Source of the DNA: Octopus vulgaris
Lineage: Eukaryota
DNA length: 64,000 nucleotides
Direction of reading: 5' to 3'
Assembly: GCA_951406725.2 (NCBI GenBank)
Contig: OX597826.1
Coordinates: forward strand, 55,242,001-55,306,000
Positions 1 through 14,306 of the stretch are shown piece by piece. The position numbers and the translations under genes were made by a program. The notes under the pieces are model-generated. The model was not told the origin of the DNA and made no database searches. It was given only the letters and a program-made list of their open reading frames with translations. Positions within the stretch are counted from its first letter, which is position 1. The number at the start of each line of letters is the position of its first letter.

Positions 1-565
1 AAGATGAACACATAGTCACACAAGTATAACAACGCATTGGTGCAAAAAATTAAAACCTGTCAACGCTCTGAACTCCCAAACATAGCCACACGCGTGTGAA
101 ACCTATGTGTGTGTGTGAGTGTGTGTGTGTGTGTGTATGTATGTGTGTGGAGTGTTTGGGTGTAAGGAGGGACCTAGCTTATTGGTTTGGATGTGGTACT
201 CACGATCGTAAGAATCTGATTTCGATTCCTCGACGGGGTAGTGCGATATGTTCTTGAGTATAACACCTCATTTTACGTTGGTCTAGTCCGCCCCTAAAAA
301 TGGGTAATGCTCTGTGAGACCCATATATTTCTTTGACGAAACTATGTCCTTAGTTGTAGTGTCTACGGGGGCTTCATAAATGATGACCTCGGTCATACAA
401 GCTCCATGTTGCGGGCACAAATTTTTACCCTGCAGAAACAACCGACTCCATTTATTTGTTTTTGTTTGTTGTGTGCAATTATATTTTTAAAGTTAGTAGT
501 AGAACGTAAACTAATTTTTTAAGTTATGCCTATTAAAGAGCTTTCTATACTTATGATTGATTGGC

Positions 566-978
566 AAATGCCCATCTATAAGGGATAAGAAGTATCTACC
601 TATGAAACCACCGTAGACTCTTCAACAACTAAGGACATTAGTTTCTTCAAAGAAATATGTGGGTCTCACAGAGGGAAATTTTAAAGCCAGGTTCAACAAT
701 CACACCTTAAGCTGCCGACACTGGGATAAAAGGAAAACAACCAAATTATCCAGTTATATATGGTCCTTAAAAGAAAAAGATGTCAAATATAAGATACGCT
801 GGAAGATCTTGAACAAATGTAAGCCTTACACCAATGGCAGTGGACATTGCAGTCTTTGCGATATGGAAAGATGGGTTATCTGGAAAAGAGTTCTTTAGAC
901 TATTCTACGTGTCTAAATCCAAGAACTGAACTTTTTGGGTCATGTCCACATACGGCAAAACGTTTGCTATGTTTTTGA
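566..978 (+). mobile_element. Penelope-like element relic: GIY-YIG endonuclease C-terminus (disrupted)
   Basis: ORF 659-898 GLTEGNFKARFNNH...TKLSSYIWSLKE...IRWKILNKCKPY..GSGHCSLC; downstream frame reads LNPRTELFGSCPHTAKRLL, the typical PLE endonuclease tail. Confidence 0.85.
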
Positions 979-1567
979 ACCCACAAGATCACAGACAGAA
1001 CCTGCTTTTTGTATTATATAATGTCCACGTATAAGCGTTTTACATGTCTTAACATCCCTCATAATTTTATTACTTTTTTATATATATTTTATTACTTTAT
1101 ATATTTTTTCTGTATATTATGTAACTTATACGCGTGTGCTATATACCTAAAGTATAAGTACGTGCATATATACATTGTATATGAATGATTATATATATAG
1201 GAGTGCAAGACTCTACCTGTTTTACTTGTCTCTTTCCTTCATGCACTCATATATGTATGTATATACGTTATATGTCTGCAGTTATAGATGTGTTAGACAG
1301 GGGCAGGTATATTTGTGTATATACATATATAACTCATTTGTATATTCAAGTTTTGCGGCGAGGGTGAATGTTTTACGGTTTATTATTTTTTTGCGTATGA
1401 AAACACGTATATAAAAATACACCCGCTACATGCAAAGACAGTAGGACGCATATACTTTAGTCTATTCACATATCTACCCCATATAAACACTCGCAGACAC
1501 GCATACGTACCCTTAAACATTTGTAACATAAACACAGTCAGGCTCACGCGCACATGAACATCGTATC

Positions 1568-1768
1568 AGGAGAATTACCCCCGAGTACAATAACCACCCC
1601 CATAGGACCATTCACCCCGACGACAACTACCCTCTAGGACAATTACCGCACCTGGTTAATTAACTCCTCTACAATATATTAAAAAGTTTTTAATCATCGT
1701 CTATTCTCCTCAGGGTTAATTGTTCTTGGGGTGGGGCTTATTGTCCATGGTGGACGTATGTCCTAGAT
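1568..1768. mobile_element. Degenerate MITE-like element with subterminal repeats
   Basis: Several GGACAATTACCCC-like units on the left and inverted GGGGTAATTGTCC-like units on the right. Confidence 0.4.
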
Positions 1769-2419
1769 TCCATGAATATACGCAAGTACGAAAATATAAC
1801 GCATGTAAGAAAATATAAACGTACAAAAATACACGTGTACAAAATTATAATTATATAGTTTATCAACAGTCAAATGTATACTCACGAGCATTCCATACAC
1901 ACGTGTACACCCACGCACACAGATTCACAGACACGCGCGCGCACATACACATAGAATATAAACGTGCACCTGCACAAATAGAGACGTGTGGATACGTAAA
2001 CAAATATTTATGAAAGTGTGTTTGTATCTTTTAGCACACAATCACGCAGACACTTATGCACACATAGTGAGACACACCTAAACATATTAATATATACACA
2101 GACACACACGCACATACACACAAGCACATGCATGTATACACGCGCAATCTCTCACACACGTACATTTGAACATGACGTCGTGTACCCATACATTTGAACA
2201 TGACGTCGTGTACTCCTCTCACTAAAACCACATATATACACACATGCATACTTATACACACATGCGATCATATACTCTTGCATACACACAAACACACACC
2301 CACGATCACATACATACATAAACACGTGGACTGTACATAGGGGCGCCGCATACATGTACACAGCTAAAATCCTGCCTTGTTCTTTGTGGTACACAAACAA
2401 CCCTTTAAGGATGGATTGC

Positions 2420-3490
2420 AAAATCAACAGCATCGCCACCACCAACACCACCAACACCAACACCATGACCAACACCACCCACCACCACCACCATCACCAC
2501 CGCTACAATTACGACGACCGCCACTACAACCAATACTGCCACCATTACAACCATCACCAGCATCACCACTACAATCACCACCACCACTAACAACACCATC
2601 ACCACAACCACAAGCACCACCATCACCACTACCATCACCATCGCCACCACCTCTGCCAACAACAGCAACAACGATAACAACAATAATACCATTTTTACCA
2701 CCTACACCGCCATTACAAACACCACCACCACCACCAGTCTCACCACCGCCATTACAAACACCACCACCACCTACACCGCCATTACAAACACCACCACCAC
2801 CACCAGTCTCACCACCGCCATTACAAACACCACCACCACCGCCATTATCGCTATCAAAACGAACAACAATATCTAATATCCTTTCTAGTAGTACTTCTAT
2901 CGCCATCACCACCACCACCAACATCTATGAGACTGCTTCCACCAACAACAACAGCATCAGCAGTAACAACATCATCATCATCATCATCAACAACAGCATC
3001 AACAATCTCACCATCAGCACGGCTATCATCATCACCACAACCAACAACTGCAACATCAGCAACAACGACATCATCAACAACCACAACATCAACAACCTCA
3101 CAACCAGCACGGCCATCATCATCATCACCACTACCGCCAACAAGAGCAACCACAAGAACAAGAACAACTACAACAGCCTCACCACCACCACCACCACTAC
3201 CACCACCACAGACACCACGACATTATTTCCACCACCCTCATTATATCCCCACCACAACCATTATCCCCACTACCTCTACTATTCCCACCACCACCACCAC
3301 CACCACCTGCAAGAACAACAACAACGTCACCACAATTAATTATTACCATGTTTACTGAGTAAACCCATCAATACAGACTTTAATATGTTTTGCTTCACCA
3401 CACACATCTCTCCCTCCTCGAAGCACCACCACCACCACCATCATCTTCACCACCACCACCACCATTACCAATAGCAACAACAGCAACACT
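2420..3490. repeat. (ACC/AAC/ATC)n low-complexity tract with internal minisatellite (about 2695-2845)
   Basis: Trinucleotide-rich; CCGCCATTACAAACACCACCACC unit repeated 4 times. Confidence 0.9.
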
Positions 3491-4385
3491 ACATCTTCCG
3501 CTACCACATACACTTTCTCTTATACTTCATTAATGGAACCTTACTTTTTTATTTTTATTTTTTTCTTCATCTTCACTTTCTCATCATCTTCCGACATCTT
3601 CTTCTCATCATCATTATCATCATCTTTCTTGTTGTTAATGTTGTTGTTGTTAGCTTACATTTGTTTCTGCTTCAGGATGAAATGCACCCATAGTTGAGTA
3701 CCTGTGTATCACGCTATAACTTCATCGGAGCTTCAAAATTGAAGTGTATTGCATCTTATATTAGAAACAGTTGTAAGCTAATAACGTTCATTCATACCCT
3801 TATCGTTTTAATATCTCATACATATACATATATGTGTGTGTATACGTCAGTGAGGGAGGTGGATGGATGTACGAATGAGATAAATACATGTAGGTACCTA
3901 CATGCATATATACATACACATTCACACACACACACATTGCTGACGTCATAAGAAATTATAAACTTTCTCGAGTAAGTTAAATATTTAATTTTTGGAACAG
4001 CGTGACTCGAAGCATAAAGCTATATATGATGGCATATAAATATTCGGTATCATGCTTTGGCAATACAACAGTCGGACGAGCTTGTATAGTGTTCCGTATA
4101 ATTTCAGGCAATCTCTAATAAATTACACCATCACGACTTCTATCATCACTATTATCATCAACAATAACAGCTACCATGTGATGGTCATGGTTGGAATATA
4201 TTTCAATCATAAGTCAACTTTCTCAGTACTGACATGTGGCTAAAAATTCCCACCACTCTCATCACTACCACAAACAACAACAATAACAACTGCTACAACA
4301 ACTCACTGTAGATTTTTAGAGGTGATGGCCACGTCTAGAATATATCCTAATCATAGATCAGCCTGGGTAATGACTTGAGGTTAAA

Positions 4386-5150
4386 TAATACTATTATCAC
4401 CACTACCACCACTACCATCACTACCACCATCACCATCACCATCACCACCAGCATCAGCACCACCACTACCACCACCATCTCCACCACCTCCATCATCCAA
4501 CACAATAATCTCTACTACCTGTACCATCACGAACAAGGACAACAATTGCAAATCCTAGAAGATTTATAGACGTGATGGCCACGGCTTGAATATATTCTAA
4601 TCATGCTCGTACGTGAACTTGTTCAGAACTGTTCTGAGGTTAAATATCACACCGCAAGTACCACCACCACCACCAGTACCATAACCATCGCCAACACCAG
4701 TATCACAACCACCACCACCAACAACAACAACATCACCAGCACCGACACCGCCGTTGCCATTACCAGCACCCGCACCTGCACCAGCAGCAACACCACCACC
4801 ACCACCACCACCACCACCACTACCACCACCACCACTATCATTAACACCACCACAACTACCACCACCATCACCACTACCACCACCCGCACCAGCCCTACCG
4901 CTACCACTACCACCACAACCACCGCCTCGACCGACGCCGCCACCTCCATCACCACCTCCACCAATATCAGTACCACAACCACCGTCAACTCCAGTATCAC
5001 AACCACCACAGCCATCACTACCACCATAATCACCACCACCACCATAATCACCAGCAACAACATCACCAGCACCAGCACCAGCACCACCGCTACCACCACC
5101 ACTATCATTAACACCACTACCACTACAATCACCGCCTCCACCACCACCAC
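4386..5150. repeat. Degenerate (ACC)n tracts
   Basis: Direct inspection. Confidence 0.9.
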
Positions 5151-5790
5151 GTACGTCAATGACCGCCAGTAGTTATGTATGAGTCTATTTAGTTATAATG
5201 GTACCGGCTCTAAGTCGAAACTTGTTGATTTAATAATATGCTGAAGCTTTCATTGGACGTCGGACTGTGGAAATGAAGATATACAAAGGATAATTCGCAA
5301 CCCCGCCACCACCACCTTCACCACCACCACCACCACCACCACCACCACCACCACCGCTACCACTAACCACAACAGCACCGCCAACACCGCCTTCGTCACC
5401 AAACTCAAACTCATTTCTTAACGGGCTTCCTACTGATTGATATATGAGGTTAATATAGTTAATATACACTTTGAACATAGAAGACCAAATCTAATATCCG
5501 AAATGAACAACAACTACAACAACTACAACAACACTAGCAGGCAGCAGCAGTAACACCAACAACAACAGCAACAACAACAATAGTAACAACAACAAAACAA
5601 CAACAACAACAACGAGACATTATAAACCGTGTATATTAAATAATATTAAAGAAATGATATCGTCTTCGTTTTGGTCAAGACAAGATTTCCGTTTGAGCTA
5701 ATTGTAGAATAATTAGCCAGCCACGCCGCATATTTAACCGTTAAATGGTAAATAACAATGAGGAACCGACATCGCCGTCGTCGTTGCCGT

Positions 5791-6388
5791 GTTCTTCTTC
5801 TTCTTCTTCTTCTTCTTCTTCTTCTTCTTCTTCTTCTTCTTCTTCTTCTTCTTCTTCTTCTTCTCCTCGTGTAGTCGGGTGGCTTGGTGGTTAGTGGTAT
5901 TGTTTCAAGAGCATGTGTTCGATACCTGGTGTTGCGTTATGTCCATCCGCAAGACACTATTCTTTTTTATTCCCGTTGCTCCAGTCGACCCAACTGGCAA
6001 AAAGTGAGTTGGTACCTGTTGTTCACAGGGCTAGCCTTTTTCACTTCCTGTGTTACACTGAATCTCCCTGAAAGCTACAGTAAGGGTATGCGTGTCTAGG
6101 AAGTGCTCTGCTAGACACGCATACCCTTAATGCGGGGCTGTTCGTCGCAACCGATGGAGTACCAGTTCTTCTTCTGCTTCTTCTTCTTCTTCTTCTTCTT
6201 CTTCTTCTTCTTCTTCTTCTTCTTCTTCTTCTTCTTCTTTTTCTTCTTCTCCTCCTCCTCCTCCTCCTCCTCCTTCTTCTTCTTCTTCGTCTTCTCCTCC
6301 TTCTCCTCCTTCATCTTCTTCTTCTTCTTCTTCTTCTTCTTCTTCTCCTCCTCCTCCTACTCCCTCGTCTTCTTCTTCTTCTTCTTCT
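5791..6388. repeat. Two (TTC)n tracts flanking a decayed SINE fragment
   Basis: (TTC)n at 5791-5863 and 6166-6388; intervening sequence resembles SINE family B (gtaagggtatgcgtgtc...gtgctc). Confidence 0.8.
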
Positions 6389-7299
6389 CTATTTCCTACT
6401 TCATCACATACAAAGCCGATTCGCTTATGGTGGTGGGCAAGAATCTCTTACAGATATATTTAGTTTTGTCATTTAACGTTCAGTGTTCGAATCCCACCAA
6501 ATGTATTCTCGTCCCCTTTCATTCTTCGCAAATCGATAAAATAAAGCAAGCCCCTTAAACACTACCATACCTAGTCAAAATACAGTCAGCTTCTATGCAC
6601 CTGTCCACAAAAAGTACACCGAATGACGTCAGAGATCCAACAAATCGTAGTGTAACATAAATTTAATTATTAAAAAATATTTTGTTTCTTTCTTTTTGAA
6701 GATGAAGATAAAAGATGAAAAATCGATAATCTTATTAGCAATAATTCATCTCAGACATTTATTTCTTTCATCAAAAATAATGATATAATTTTGTCTATTT
6801 ATCATATTATATAGTGGCTCAGCGAGTGTTGATGTGCAAACTATTATGGCAGCATAGAGCTAAACTTGAAGGTCGTTGGTCTGTATCTTGTCATCATCGC
6901 TTAAATATAAAATAAGTTAAGAAACGGCTCTTGGGGTAAGAAATTACCTCGTTTGCAATTATATAGATTTTAAGATCAATACCCCTGAGCAGCGTCAGTG
7001 TATCTTCAGGTACAGCTTCAGTTCGGTCAAAGACTTGTGAATGAATTAAAGTAGGTAGAAACTGTGAAACACAACTGGAATAATTTTTCAGTTACTGAGT
7101 AAGGGAATTATCTGTCGTCCATTTTAACACCATTATCGGGGCTCGGCTACCTTTTTTTAAATTTCATTCTATTACAAACAATCATTCTAGATCTTGAGTT
7201 CGGTAGTATTTTGTTCTCTTACTTCCATGAGTCTTGAACTAACTAAAAATGATCTTCAGTATTACCATTCTTCTTTTGGCTGCGTCAAATTAAGAATAG

Positions 7300-8150
7300 C
7301 GGTACACAGCACTTGGGAATATGTAACGGAAGGTAGTATCATTCTCAAGTAATCATAAGCAGCACAGGAACAAATATTGTCACCGGTTTCCTTAGATTTG
7401 ATGAACGTGGTCAATTCCTACTAAAAATCTAAACTATATTTCAGTAGCTTTATTCCATGACTATATCAGTCTTATCAAACATCCTTATTGTTGGATCAAT
7501 ATCCTGGTTCTAATTATGTGCTATATGTTACAGGTGGTGTGCTACTGGGTATCCCATGAAAATCTTTCCAAGCGTTGACGTCTACCGCTAGGAAGATGTT
7601 TCTCCTGGCTACGAGACTCAGAGAGCATTAGACATCTACAACACAATAGGGTACCAGATCAATATAGATTGACGGCAACTGGTATATTATCTTTTGGTAC
7701 TACACACTGGGTCCTTAGACAAGACATATTTTCATGGCCCAGCTTGCCAAACTGTAAATACACAACTACTGTATGCAACGAAAGTAACATAAACTTGCAT
7801 AGTGACCTTATATAATTTAGTTCGGTGTCTCTTGTAAGTACTACAATGGTTCCGTGTACATGTGTGCTTACTTGAATTCTGTTTCAAATAGTAAAAGATC
7901 TTTCCCGGAAACTTTTTAATGCTCCAGAAAGATATATGATTCCTCCTCCTCCTCCTTCTCTCTCTCTCTCTCCCTCTCTCTCACACTCTCTCTCTCCCGC
8001 TGCTTCATTTTTATTTCATCCCCACTGACCTTCCTGCTCTTTTTCTCTTTTTCTCTCATTCTTTCCCCTCTCGCAGTCACCCACCACCACTCCTCCTCGC
8101 CCTCTCTCTCACCAGTTTTCTCTCTTCCCTTTCTCTGTTCATCTCCTCAG
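7300..8150 (+). mobile_element. Highly decayed Penelope-like element 3' half plus pyrimidine-rich tail
   Basis: Ordered remnants across frames: SLDL (FLD-like), KHP, GYP, ACQT, TCIVTLYNLVRC (pre-GIY); tail 7941-8150 is shared with 12748-12970. Confidence 0.4.
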
Positions 8151-9100
8151 CGGTGCCAGTTTTTTTATAAATGGGGCAGAACATCTACTGAAGGTAAATT
8201 TAAATCTAGAGTCTTTCCACAACAGACATAGTTCGACTCTCGGTGAAGGCAAGCGTCAGTAAAATTCGTCCCGAAAGAAAAATTAAAGGGGCCATAAACT
8301 TAATGCTTTGTCCGCTGACAAATGAACTAGAAGAGAACCGATCGACTTACAGACAATCAACAGCTGTCTGTCTGTTCTGATGTTGATGAAAACTATCCAA
8401 ATTAATTGTCAGGACGTGGGTGTGTTTATGGCTACGGCACCGAAATTAAAATGTACTTATTTTTGGTGGTTTCCACCATCACCACCACCGCGACTGTAAA
8501 TGAATGTAAGAATCCATTAAATGTCTGTACGACTGTGAAAGACCTTTTTGATCAGAGAAAGGTGATTCATCGCATATTTGTTATACGTGGTCAGACGAAC
8601 AACAATGAGTTTAACCATGATGTTCTGAGGTAATATGTCGGGTGGGTTCCCAAGGTAATATGTAGGGTGAGATCTCAAGCACGAGCATTCAAAACCTGAA
8701 TTCTGCAGCACGACACCACACTTCTCCCTCATCACACCTTAACTGCGACCTTATGTCAAAGCATGACGCAGATTTTGTCCCCTTGCCAACACACTGTACA
8801 TATATTTAGGACCTCGTTTTGAAAAATCGCTATTTTCAAATAATAGAAGAATTCGAACGATATTCTCTATGATAACCATGCACTTATTACTGACAAACCT
8901 GTTCGAGGACGCATTCCTGATGGAAATAAATAAATAAAAATAATGTCGGATCGACGAATTAACAGTGTGGGTGATATTTTGAAGACGACAAACGTAATAA
9001 AATATCTATATAGGCATTCTTATATATTTATCTGTGGATGAGTGTATATGTGTGTATGAAACGCTATTATGTTTCTGCTCGCATGTAGTATTGTGCTTGT

Positions 9101-9209
9101 GTTCAGTCCCGCTGCGTGGCATCTTGGCAAGTGTCTTCTACTAAAGCCTCGGGGCCGGCCAAATCTGTGTGAATGGATTTGGTAGACAGAGTCTGAAAGA
9201 AGCCCATCG

Positions 9210-9270
<61 letters not shown>

Positions 9271-9497
9271 ATATGTGTGTGCGTGCGTGCGTGCGTATGT
9301 GTGTGTGTATCTTTGTGTTTGTGTTTGGTCCCCTCCACGATCGCTTCACAAGCGATGTTGAGGTGTTTACGACCCGATAACTTAACGGTTCGATAAAATT
9401 AGTATTAGGTTTACAAAGTCCTGGAGTGGATTTCTTCGACTAAAATCCCTTTAAGGCGTTGCTCCAAGCATGGTCGGAGTCAGATGACTGGAACAAG

Positions 9498-9500
<3 letters not shown>
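9101..9500 (+). mobile_element. tRNA-derived SINE family A, 5'-truncated
   Basis: Matches full copy 38667-39100. Confidence 0.9.
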
Positions 9501-9561
<61 letters not shown>

Positions 9562-9610
9562 GTATATATATATTTATATATACTCACATGAATATATTCA
9601 TGTCTGCACA

Positions 9611-9701
<91 letters not shown>

Positions 9702-9710
9702 GTGTATGAA

Positions 9711-9763
<53 letters not shown>

Positions 9764-9892
9764 ATAAGTACACGTACCCAAGTACACTCACACACACATA
9801 TTTAAGTATCAACATTTCTGTAATATTTAAATCAGTTAATCAAATAATTGTTTTCGATATTTGGTTTCACTTTCCAGTTCCAGTTACTTAAC

Positions 9893-9950
<58 letters not shown>

Positions 9951-10310
9951 AATATGTTACCGATAGCGAACTGTTGATATACACACCAACTAGTACCTAC
10001 CACAGTCTGGCATCTCTTGGCTGTTACCGATACTAATCTCCTGTTATATACACCAACCGTTACTCAAAACTGTATAAATGCCTAACTAAACAACTATCTC
10101 CACCTTCAGGTCTGATTTCAGCTGACCCATATTGATTGATTATTATTGATCTAAAGAGTGTTGATTAATTACATCGAACATGAGATTGAAACTATTTGAT
10201 CCGTAACTCATTATCTTCCGATATTGCTCTAATTTAACAATACCTTGTACTAGATTTGCAACTCTTCACATAAAAAGGTTTTGCTGTAGCTTTATATATA
10301 AATATATATA

Positions 10311-10888
10311 TTCCTTTCTACTCTAGGCGCAAGGCAAGAAATATTTGGGGAGGTGGTTAGTCGATTAGATCGCCCCCCAGTACGCATCTGGTACTTAATT
10401 TATCGATCTCGAAAGGATGGAAAGCAAAGTCGACCTCGGCGGAATTTAAACTCAGAACGTACAGACTGACGATATACCTATTTCATTACTGCCCACGATG
10501 GGCTACACACACAGGAAACAAACAAGGACAGACATAGGTATTAAGTCGATTACATCGACCCCAGAGCGTAAATGGTACTTAATTTATCGACCCCAAAAGG
10601 ATGAAAGGCAAAGTCGACCTCGACGGAATTTGAACTCAGAGCGTAGCGGCAGACGATATACCTATTTCTTTACTACCCACAAGGGGCTAAACACAGAGGG
10701 GGCAAACAAGGACAGACAAACGGATTAAGTCGATTATATCGAGCCCAGTGCGTAACTGGTACTTATTTAATCGACCCCGAAAGGATGAAAAGCAAAGTCG
10801 ACCTCGGCGGAATTTGAACTCAGAAAGTAGCGGCAGACGAAATACGGCTAAGCATTTCGCCCGGGGTGCTAACGATTCTGCCAGCTCG
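10311..10888 (-). mobile_element. SINE family C (Meta-domain-like), three tandem internal units
   Basis: Repeated gaaaggatgaaaggcaaagtcgacctcggcggaatttgaactcag core; head at the 10888 end. Confidence 0.9.
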
Positions 10889-11880
10889 GTGCTTCTTATA
10901 TAAGCGGACTAAATTAAGACGTAGACGAAAAAAATCGACATAGTAGAACTGACTGGAAAATGGAGTAGAAATAACGAGTATATTTATATTATGTAAACTC
11001 ATAGGTTCTTTTCTACCATTACGCGAAATAATCTTAATAAGAATGTTACAATACATAAATTTAAGTAGTAATCATAATGTTTTAGATACTAAATGTTTTT
11101 AACAACGAATAAGGCAGGCAGCATAAATTTTATGCATAATATAAACTTCTTATTTTATATTCTAATGAGACGATGGTTTTGGTTCTGCTTTGCTTGGGAC
11201 TCATGAGGTGACAACTTTAAAATGGTTCGCGAAATATTATGCACAGATCTGGATGTGTGTGATTACTTAAATTTAATTTTGAGAAATAACTTTCGCATTG
11301 GTAAGTGATAAGAAACCGCGATGCAATTTTCAATGCATGTATTCCCAGAGGTATATATATTTTTCAACTTCTAAATATGGCTCGTATAATTCCAAAATAA
11401 ATAACCTATTAAAATTTCATAACAAAGCGTCATTATCCTATTATAAATAAATTAAATCAACTTGCAAAGAATCAGGCGCATCCATTTGACATGAGATCAA
11501 AGAAGCTTTATCTGGCATCACATCAAAAGAACCTTCATTTGGCGTCACATCAAAAGAAGCTTCATGTAGCAGCTAGATGCTAGCATCACATCAAAACGAG
11601 TTGCACATTTGTATAATTCGATCTCGTGATTTCGCAAATCACGAAACCTATTTTGAAATCGAACCGAAATATTGAACAGTCGATAATATACTCCGCTATT
11701 AATTCTCGCTTTATGGTTTTCCTTTTGATTTTGAAAATGTAACATGTAACGTATTTTTTTTTCTTTCAGTTGTGTAACGGGACTGTTGCAGGAATGGTTC
11801 AACGTTTTGACATAAGCTGAATAAACCATTGTCAACTCAGACATTCGGTCACTTAAGAGACAAGATACATTGAACAAATA

Positions 11881-12270
11881 TTCTTTTATTCTTTTATTTG
11901 ACTCAGTCATATGGTTGCGGCCATGCTGGAGCACTGCCCCTAGTCGAGCAAATCGACCCCACCAAGACCTATTCTTTCTAAGTCCCGTACCCACTCCATC
12001 GGTCTCTCTGGCCAAACCGCCAAGTGACGGGGACGCAAACACACCAGCATCGATGCTAGGGGGACAAACACAGACACACAAACATACACACACACACACA
12101 CACACATATAGGACGGTCTTCTATCAGTTTCCATCTACCAAATCGACCCATAAGGCCCTGGTCGGCCCGAGGCTACAGTAGAAGACACTTACCCAAGGTA
12201 TCATGCAGTGGCACCGAACCCGGAACCATGTGGTTGGCAAGCAAGCCACTTACCACACAACCACTCCTGC
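11881..12270 (-). mobile_element. SINE family A
   Basis: Reverse complement of 38667-39100. Confidence 0.9.
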
Positions 12271-12289
12271 TAAATAACAAAACATTACG

Positions 12290-12759
12290 AACCTCTAATA
12301 CTAAAATATGAATTGCTTTAATATCTACGATAAGTTTCACTTGATCTTGCAGCACATGGAAACCGTTGGTCATGCACTTAATACTCAACTAGCGAATCTC
12401 ACATTCGTAAGATATATCAGTATATTGTGTTTCGAACTCCTTCAAAGTTCCTTAAAATTTTATGCTGTTAAATCCATTTCTTTTTTATTATAAAGAAGTG
12501 TGTATATATTCCCGCTGTGAAGGTTTTCAAAACCTTGTAGACATTTCTCCATGTCAACCTTGTTTGAAAGAGCTTTTCTTCCCACAAACGAAGAGGCAGC
12601 TGTAACAGGTAACCAGATTGAGTGGAACTGGTAAACCGGAGATAATTTTGAAAACGATTTTACCAAGCTTAGACGGGTTCCCTTCCATACTCTTCCCCTG
12701 TATTTCCTATTCTCAATTTTTCTTTCTCTCACTTCGACTCACCCATTCCTCCTCCTCCT

Positions 12760-12814
<55 letters not shown>

Positions 12815-12970
12815 TCTGCTTCATTTTTATTTCATCCCCACTGACCTTCCCGCTCTTTTTCTCTCATTCTTTCCTCTCTCACTATCTCCCACCAGCACTC
12901 TTAAGGCCTCTCCTCCTCGCCTTCTCCCTCACCAGTTTTTCCTCTTTCCTTTCTCTGTTCATCTCCTCAG
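12290..12970 (+). mobile_element. Decayed Penelope-like element 3' end plus pyrimidine-rich tail
   Basis: KPCRHF and NQIEWNW...LKTILPSLD resemble the GIY-YIG tail (E..WI..LKT..P.GLN); tail shared with 7941-8150. Confidence 0.45.
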
Positions 12971-13428
12971 AGATATATACACTAAACATCTGAATCAGTG
13001 GAAGTGTGTTTACACATGACATACTGCTACTGCTGTTGTTGCTGCTGATGCTGTTGTTACTGCAGCAGCTTCCGTTGCTGCTGCATGACATGATGTAGTG
13101 TCCTAAGGGTGTAATTTCGATAGTCAACCAGCAATATTTAGCTAACAACATTGTCCCCTCCGCCACCAAGACCTTTTATTTTACCATGCATAAATGGAAC
13201 TTAAATGGAACTTATACCGAAATGATGTGCTTCATGGTCAGAGATCGACCGACCGACCTACCCACCTACGTACCCACCTACCTACCTACTTACCGATTTA
13301 TACACATACACGCATACATACATACATACACACATAGGTATATTTAACCATACATCCATTCATAGATGCATATATATATATATATATATATATATACACG
13401 CATACACAAACACACACACACACACACT

Positions 13429-13474
<46 letters not shown>

Positions 13475-13766
13475 CAGAGAGAGAGAGAGAGAGAGAGCAG
13501 TTGTGTGTTCGTGAGCGTGTTATATACTGACATACTTATACCCAAGAATTTCAGAGCAGTACTGACCAATGCACGTACGTGTGTTGGTATAAGAAATTGT
13601 GATTCTCTCCATAGCAACTCAGTCTTTGGTAGCATGCAACTATTGTGTCCACAACATTGCATTTTTGTCACTTGAATGATCATATTCAACGGGAATGCTA
13701 CGTAGTGAGGAAGTGAGAAAATCACACAAACTTTTCTTGACTGATCATACAGAGATGTGGTTTTGT

Positions 13767-13818
13767 ACTGCGCACTGAGGAGATCCATTAATATCGAAAC
13801 TTGTTCGTTAGTGTCAGT
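13767..13818 (+). ncRNA. Minimal type I hammerhead ribozyme motif
   Basis: actgcgca CTGAGGA GAT-ccattaat-ATC GAAA C-ttgttc-G TT agtgtcagt; intact core, stem I with one mismatch and a bulge. Confidence 0.65.
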
Positions 13819-14270
13819 GTCCTCGCTGAAAGAGATTAGATTTTCTCTTTAGTATGTAAATTAATTTATTTTAAAATCAATTCTTAATTTCTTGAAATTA
13901 CTTCGTCATTTATTTGTTTCTAACAAATGCTTCCAGATTTTTTGTTTTCTTTCTCCCATTAATGGGAAATTTTAATTCATCAAAATGATTTTTTGCATAC
14001 GTCAGTCACTACGCCAACACCTACTTGATTTATGTATGTACATACATACATAAACATGCACACACACACACACACATATATATATTATATATACATATAT
14101 AATTATTTATATGGATGCATATATATATAAAAATATATATATATATAATATAATATATTATATATATATATGTGTGTGTATTTACATATATGAATATATA
14201 TATATATGTACGTCAGTATATATATCTCTCTCTTTCTCGTTCTCTTCCTCCCGTTCTCTCTCTCTCCCCG

Positions 14271-14306
<36 letters not shown>

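Noticed and set aside
2161-2212. Direct repeat with 27-bp period containing TGACGTC
   Set aside because: Simple local tandem duplication in CA-rich sequence; no further support
2377-3339. 320-aa proline/threonine-rich ORF (extensin- or formin-like)
   Set aside because: Lies in an (ACC)n tract with long ORFs in several frames on both strands; no domain or splice support
7560-7620. Minus-strand IFLAVDVNA as an APE endonuclease GDFNA motif
   Set aside because: Single weak motif; several plus-strand PLE remnants explain the region better
11480-11600. Three short CACATCAAAA repeats as a CRISPR-like array
   Set aside because: Eukaryotic context, repeats too short, spacers partly similar, no cas genes
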